This document shows positions 28,526-32,000 of a stretch of DNA of 32,000 bases, piece by piece. Below the pieces are notes generated by a model. The model was not told the origin of the DNA and did no database searches. It saw only the letters and a list, made by a program, of their open reading frames with translations. The DNA lies in the NCBI RefSeq assembly GCF_002945325.1, contig NZ_CP026606.1, positions 1,350,001-1,382,000 of the forward strand, in the 5' to 3' direction. Positions within the stretch are counted from its first letter, which is position 1; each line of letters starts with the position of its first letter. Made by a program: the position numbers and the translations under genes. This stretch comes from Methanococcus maripaludis (GTDB lineage: Archaea; AGJL01; Methanococci; Methanococcales; Methanococcaceae).

Positions 28526-28599
28526 TGGGGCCGCCGAGATTCGAACTCGGGTTGCACGCCCCCCAGACGCACAGGATGGCCAGGCTACCCCACGGCCCC
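28526..28599 (-). tRNA. tRNA-Pro: tRNA-Pro, anticodon GGG (74 nt, CCA not encoded)
   Basis: The reverse complement GGGGCCGTGGGGTAGCCTGGCCATCCTGTGCGTCTGGGGGGCGTGCAACCCGAGTTCGAATCTCGGCGGCCCCA folds as a cloverleaf. Acceptor GGGGCCG/CGGCCCC, T-arm CCGAG-TTCGAAT-CTCGG, anticodon loop CU-GGG-GG. The anticodon stem has three G-U pairs. The gene is followed by CTTTTT. Confidence 0.85.
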
Positions 28600-28636
28600 G
28601 TCTGAATAGATTGGTAATAAGTAAATAATAAAGTAA

Positions 28637-28843
28637 TTATTTGTATTCGACTATGTCGTCAAATAATTCTCTGTCATTGTCCAATCTGTGGGATGCGAAC
28701 ATTCTTCTACAACAGTATTTTTTGATTTCTAAATCGTTTAAAATTTCTTCTGGGTTTTCGCCATTTTTGAGTCTAGTTCTGTATTCTTCATAAACTTCAG
28801 AAATTACATTCCCACAAGAAAAACATCTGATTGGAAATATCAC
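28637..28843 (-). CDS. rpoN: DNA-directed RNA polymerase subunit N (Rpo10)
   Basis: (M)IFPIRCFSCGNVI...KKYCCRRM is the Rpo10 zinc-binding pattern. GTG 28843 lies 4 nt after AGGTGGT; the track start 28852 lies inside the SD. Confidence 0.9.
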   Translation of the reverse strand: MIFPIRCFSCGNVISEVYEEYRTRLKNGENPEEILNDLEIKKYCCRRMFASHRLDNDRELFDDIVEYK

Positions 28844-28881
28844 TATTACCACCTAAAAAACGTAAAGGGAAAGAAAAATAA

Positions 28882-29286
28882 TTATCTGTATGATTTCTGT
28901 CTTTTAGCTCTTGGACCTTTTGAGGACTTACTTGGTTTGTGTGGTTCGGTTCTTCTTGCGTCACTGACAAGTAATGTTCTGTCGTAACTTAAGAATTTTT
29001 CTTTCAAATCCATTTTACCAGTAAATTCAACAATAGCTTTACCTAAAGCGGTTCTTGTAGCATCCATTTGGCTTACTATACCGCCACCTTTAACATCAAT
29101 ATCTACATCAATGCTGCTTAAAGCTTCGCCTGCTAAGATAACAGGTTCCATTAATTTCATTTTGATGTATTTAGGTTCCATTAATTCTAATGGTTTTTTG
29201 TTAATTCTGATTTTACCGCTTCCTTCTTTTGCAGTAGCTCTTGCAATTGCGGTTCTTCTTTTACCTACTGTGTGGACTACTTTCAC
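28882..29286 (-). CDS. rps9: 30S ribosomal protein S9 (uS9)
   Basis: GKRRTAIARA N-terminal motif and the basic ...RQKSYR C-terminus. GTG start lies behind GAGGTGA. Confidence 0.9.
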   Translation of the reverse strand: MKVVHTVGKRRTAIARATAKEGSGKIRINKKPLELMEPKYIKMKLMEPVILAGEALSSIDVDIDVKGGGIVSQMDATRTALGKAIVEFTGKMDLKEKFLSYDRTLLVSDARRTEPHKPSKSSKGPRAKRQKSYR

Positions 29287-29299
29287 ACTTTCACCTCAA

Positions 29300-29713
29300 T
29301 TAGAATTTAGCACCTAAGAATTGGCTTAATTCTCCAACGGTTACATATTTGATTGTATTTGGTGCGCTACCTAAGTTAATATCGATAGAAACCCCTTCAG
29401 GAACTCCAACTTCAATTTTAATTTTTTTGAAAGCTTCTACTCCTCTAGGTTTTTTGTAGGGAAGCATTCCTCTGATAACTCTTCTTACGATGTCGTCAGG
29501 TCTTCTAGGGTATTTTGGACCCATTTTTTTAGGGTTTGAAATACTTTTTCTTGTTCTGAGTTGTACATATTTTTGGAATATGTATTCTTTGTTTCCAGTC
29601 ATAATTGCTTTTTCAGCGTTTACAACGGTTATTTCTTCACCGCTTAGTGCAAGTTTAGCAACGTATGAAGCTAATCTTCCAACAACTGCATTTTCAGCGT
29701 TTACAACAACCAT
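29300..29713 (-). CDS. rpl13: 50S ribosomal protein L13 (uL13)
   Basis: VVNAENAVVGRLAS...RGMLPYKKPRG is typical of uL13. ATG lies behind GAAGGTGGA. Confidence 0.9.
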   Translation of the reverse strand: MVVVNAENAVVGRLASYVAKLALSGEEITVVNAEKAIMTGNKEYIFQKYVQLRTRKSISNPKKMGPKYPRRPDDIVRRVIRGMLPYKKPRGVEAFKKIKIEVGVPEGVSIDINLGSAPNTIKYVTVGELSQFLGAKF

Positions 29714-29733
29714 AATTCCACCTTCGTGTTTAA

Positions 29734-30096
29734 TTACGCCATAATGGTTACTTTAGAACCTTTAGGGTTTTCTGCAATAAGTTCTTCGATTGTTAAACAT
29801 TTTCCGCCTACAGCTTCAATTGCTGATTTCGCAGTTTCTGAGAATGAAAATGCTGCAACGGTTACGTTTACTTTTAATGACCCAGCACCGAGTACTTTGC
29901 CTGGAATTAATAATACATCGCCTTCTGATGCATATCTGCTGATTTTGCTTACGTTTACTTCAACTTTTTTTCTAGCTGGTTTAGCTAACTTTTTAGCAAC
30001 ATCTTTCCAGATTGGTGCGCTGTTTTTGAATGATTCTTCTTTTAACTTCTGAATCAATTCAGGAGTTTTTGGGTTTGTTGACATGATTTTTTTCAT
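29734..30096 (-). CDS. rpl18e: 50S ribosomal protein L18e (eL18)
   Basis: ATG 30096 lies 4 nt after AGGGTGA. The sequence ...WKDVAKKLAKPARKKVEVNVSKI...PGKVLGAG fits eL18, as does the position between rpoD and rpl13. Confidence 0.85.
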   Translation of the reverse strand: MKKIMSTNPKTPELIQKLKEESFKNSAPIWKDVAKKLAKPARKKVEVNVSKISRYASEGDVLLIPGKVLGAGSLKVNVTVAAFSFSETAKSAIEAVGGKCLTIEELIAENPKGSKVTIMA

Positions 30097-30152
30097 AAAT
30101 TCACCCTTATGATATTGATTCATAATTTCCAATAATTTGGAAGAAAGAGTAA

Positions 30153-30740
30153 TTAATTTTCGTCACTTAATTCTTGGCCTTCTAATTCTAATAAGAATTT
30201 TTCAGCTTTATTTTTTAAAATTTCAAGTGAAGATCTTATAATGTCTTCAGCATCCATGTTTCCGAATGACTCAATTTTAAATTCCACTTCGTCATTTGAT
30301 ATTTGTTTGTAACTTGCATTGCAGGGTTGCCATTTTGCATGAATTTTTCCTGTGCCAACAAGAGCTTCGGTTTCTAACTCAAGTTTTTGGTCTTCTGCTA
30401 ATTTTACTATAGGAATATTTTCAAAAGCAGGCTCACCGGATTCTGATTTTAAATCTGATGAATATACTGTACAAGGTCCTTCTTTGGATATTGTAAGTAC
30501 TATAACTTCATCACCGCTTACCGGAACTCCTTTTATTGGAATTAATCCAAGTCTGTGAGCTAGAACTTCATCGTACATTGAAGATGTGTTTTCATAAAAG
30601 TATACATTTTCAATAGCATATGTAGGAACTTCTGAAATCATTATTCTTCTCAATGCACTGGAAAAAGATAAAGGGGCTTTTAATTCCATTTTCATGATTT
30701 CCCCTATTCTCTTTTCCTCTTTTTGGATATTTTTTATCAA
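30153..30740 (-). CDS. rpoD: DNA-directed RNA polymerase subunit D (Rpo3)
   Basis: SFSSALRRIMISEVPTYAIENVYFYENTSSMYDEVLAHRLGLIPI is the Rpo3/alpha-like dimerisation motif. TTG 30740 lies 4 nt after GGTGAT (30750-30745); the alternative start is the internal ATG (MKMELK). Confidence 0.85.
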   Translation of the reverse strand: MIKNIQKEEKRIGEIMKMELKAPLSFSSALRRIMISEVPTYAIENVYFYENTSSMYDEVLAHRLGLIPIKGVPVSGDEVIVLTISKEGPCTVYSSDLKSESGEPAFENIPIVKLAEDQKLELETEALVGTGKIHAKWQPCNASYKQISNDEVEFKIESFGNMDAEDIIRSSLEILKNKAEKFLLELEGQELSDEN

Positions 30741-30752
30741 AAAAATCACCAA

Positions 30753-31127
30753 TTATCTGTTCTTTCTTTTTGGTGTAGTACCATCGTGTGGAATTGGTGT
30801 AGCATCTTCAATTCTTCCGATTCTGATTCCTGCTCTTGATAATGCTCTGATAGCAGCTTGTGCACCAGGTCCTGGGTTTTTGGATTTCTGGCCGCCTGTA
30901 GCTCTGACCTTTACGTGTACCTGATCAATTCCTTTATCTCTCATCAAGTCTGCTATTTTGAATGCAGCTTGCATTGCAGCGTATGGAGATGATTCATCTC
31001 TCTGGTTTCTTACAATCATACCGCCTGAAACTTTAGCGATTGTTTCTGCTCCAGTTAAATCAGTAACGTGGAGAATTGTATTGTTGTATGATGCATAAAT
31101 GTGTACTAATCCCCATTTTTGACTCAT
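30753..31127 (-). CDS. rps11: 30S ribosomal protein S11 (uS11)
   Basis: [21 protein letters not shown] and the C-terminal [11 protein letters not shown] are uS11 signatures. ATG lies behind AAGGTGAT. Confidence 0.9.
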   Translation of the reverse strand: MSQKWGLVHIYASYNNTILHVTDLTGAETIAKVSGGMIVRNQRDESSPYAAMQAAFKIADLMRDKGIDQVHVKVRATGGQKSKNPGPGAQAAIRALSRAGIRIGRIEDATPIPHDGTTPKRKNR

Positions 31128-31136
31128 GTAATCACC

Positions 31137-31673
31137 TTATTGATTTTCTTCGCTTGTTGCGGCAGTTCTTTCTGGGTGGTTTTCTGAAGCCATTGGTGAG
31201 TTGGACACGTATTCTATCGCATCATTTTCAGCTACTGAAATCAAGTATGCTGGAGCTGTAACTCTTTTGCCGTTTACTGCAATGTGGCCGTGAACAATGA
31301 ACTGTCTAGCTTGTTTTGGTGTTTTAGCGAGACCTTTTCTGAATACAATGGTCTGCAATCTTCTTTCTAAGATACTTTCAATGTTTAATGAAAGAACGTG
31401 ATCGAGTGTTGGTTCTTCTTCAATTAAAATTGCGTATCTTTTTAAGACATTGAATAATTGAACAGCTTCTTTTCCACCTTGTGTGGTAGTGTCGCTGATT
31501 AATTTTCTTGCTTGTCTTCTGTAGTTCCTTAATTGGGTTTCCATTTTCCAGAGTTCTTTTTTGTTAACTAACCCATATTTTTGGCTAATTTCTTTTTCTT
31601 TCTGGATCCTTTCCCCAATCCATGGATGGTTAGGTGTGTCGTATTTTTTACCCAATCTTCTTGGATCTCCCAT
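31137..31673 (-). CDS. rps4: 30S ribosomal protein S4 (uS4)
   Basis: MGDPRRLGKKYDTPNHPW N-terminus with an S4 RNA-binding domain (RRLQTIVFRKGLAKT..ARQFIVHGHIAVNG). Confidence 0.9.
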   Translation of the reverse strand: MGDPRRLGKKYDTPNHPWIGERIQKEKEISQKYGLVNKKELWKMETQLRNYRRQARKLISDTTTQGGKEAVQLFNVLKRYAILIEEEPTLDHVLSLNIESILERRLQTIVFRKGLAKTPKQARQFIVHGHIAVNGKRVTAPAYLISVAENDAIEYVSNSPMASENHPERTAATSEENQ

Positions 31674-31696
31674 TTTTTCACCTTTTTATCATTTTA

Positions 31697-32000
31697 TTAT
31701 TTTTTCCTCTTAACTCCCATTGAAGTTCCTTTTCTGAATGAACCTCTGGTTCTCTGTCCCCTACATGGTAATCTTAATTCGTGTCTGATACCTCTATAGC
31801 ATCTGATCTTTTTCATGTTGGTGATATCTTCTTGTACTGTGAGTACGAGGTCTGTTTCGATTAGGTGTTTATCGAGTCCTGAGTAAACATCTTTTTTCCT
31901 GTTAAACATCCATGAAGGAATTCCATGTGTTGCAGGGTCTTCTAATACTGATTCTATTTTTAAAACGTCTTCGTCAGCTAAGTAACCAGCTTGTTGTTTA
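31697..32000 (-). CDS. rps13: 30S ribosomal protein S13 (uS13), N-terminus outside the window
   Basis: The reading frame stays open to the window edge (...GIPSWMFNRKKD...CYRGIRHELRLPCRGQRTR...). The track ORF from 31909 is only the part after an internal Met. Confidence 0.85.
   Translation of the reverse strand, partial: KQQAGYLADEDVLKIESVLEDPATHGIPSWMFNRKKDVYSGLDKHLIETDLVLTVQEDITNMKKIRCYRGIRHELRLPCRGQRTRGSFRKGTSMGVKRKK

Noticed and set aside
28489-28572. N-terminal 28-codon extension of the rpoK ORF (MRLGGVQPEFESRRPHF...)
   Set aside because: It is the translation of the tRNA-Pro gene and its flank. A GGGTGAT SD precedes the internal ATG at 28488, which gives a canonical 57-aa Rpo6.

Overview
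This is a dense, AT-rich archaeal chromosomal segment. The gene content points to a Methanococcus genome, most likely M. maripaludis or a close relative. Supporting signs are a 468-aa archaeal SelB, an HMf-type histone, a ThiI without a rhodanese domain, a Thi4 without the donor Cys, HypC plus a hydrogenase protease, GGTGAT-type ribosome-binding sites and oligo-T terminators. The species assignment is from memory of these families, not from a search. I call 42 protein genes and one tRNA. Layout: 1-6344 is a run of sulfur-insertion genes (homocysteine-synthesis pair, MoaD-like carrier, NcsA, ThiI, a third PP-loop enzyme, Thi4) interrupted by one acetyltransferase. 6508-13562 is housekeeping (GNAT, radical SAM, NadE, Toprim-reductase fusion, histone, UppS, MBL hydrolase). 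13580-18098 is mre11-rad50-PIN. 18201-23468 holds a methyltransferase, hydrogenase protease, SelB, mevalonate kinase and a circularly permuted GTPase. 23469-23851 is the only long non-coding gap and contains a structured inverted repeat and a GGAT-rich tract. 23852-27300 holds AroC, a short disulfide oxidoreductase, DedA, HypC and a ferredoxin. 27348-32000 is the conserved archaeal RNA-polymerase/ribosomal-protein cluster with an embedded tRNA-Pro and a degenerate enolase homologue. I see no CRISPR array, transposase, integrase, toxin-antitoxin pair or recognisable defence island. This looks like core genome, and I cannot point to a clear-cut novel multi-gene system. The items most worth a second look are the sulfur block and its operon structure, the 23.6-23.8 kb structured element, the enolase-derived pseudoenzyme in the RNAP operon, and the Toprim-reductase fusion. 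All functional calls rest on motifs readable in the translations; no database search, folding or statistics could be run. Several longest-ORF starts in the supplied track begin inside the Shine-Dalgarno sequence, so I moved those starts downstream and say so in the evidence.
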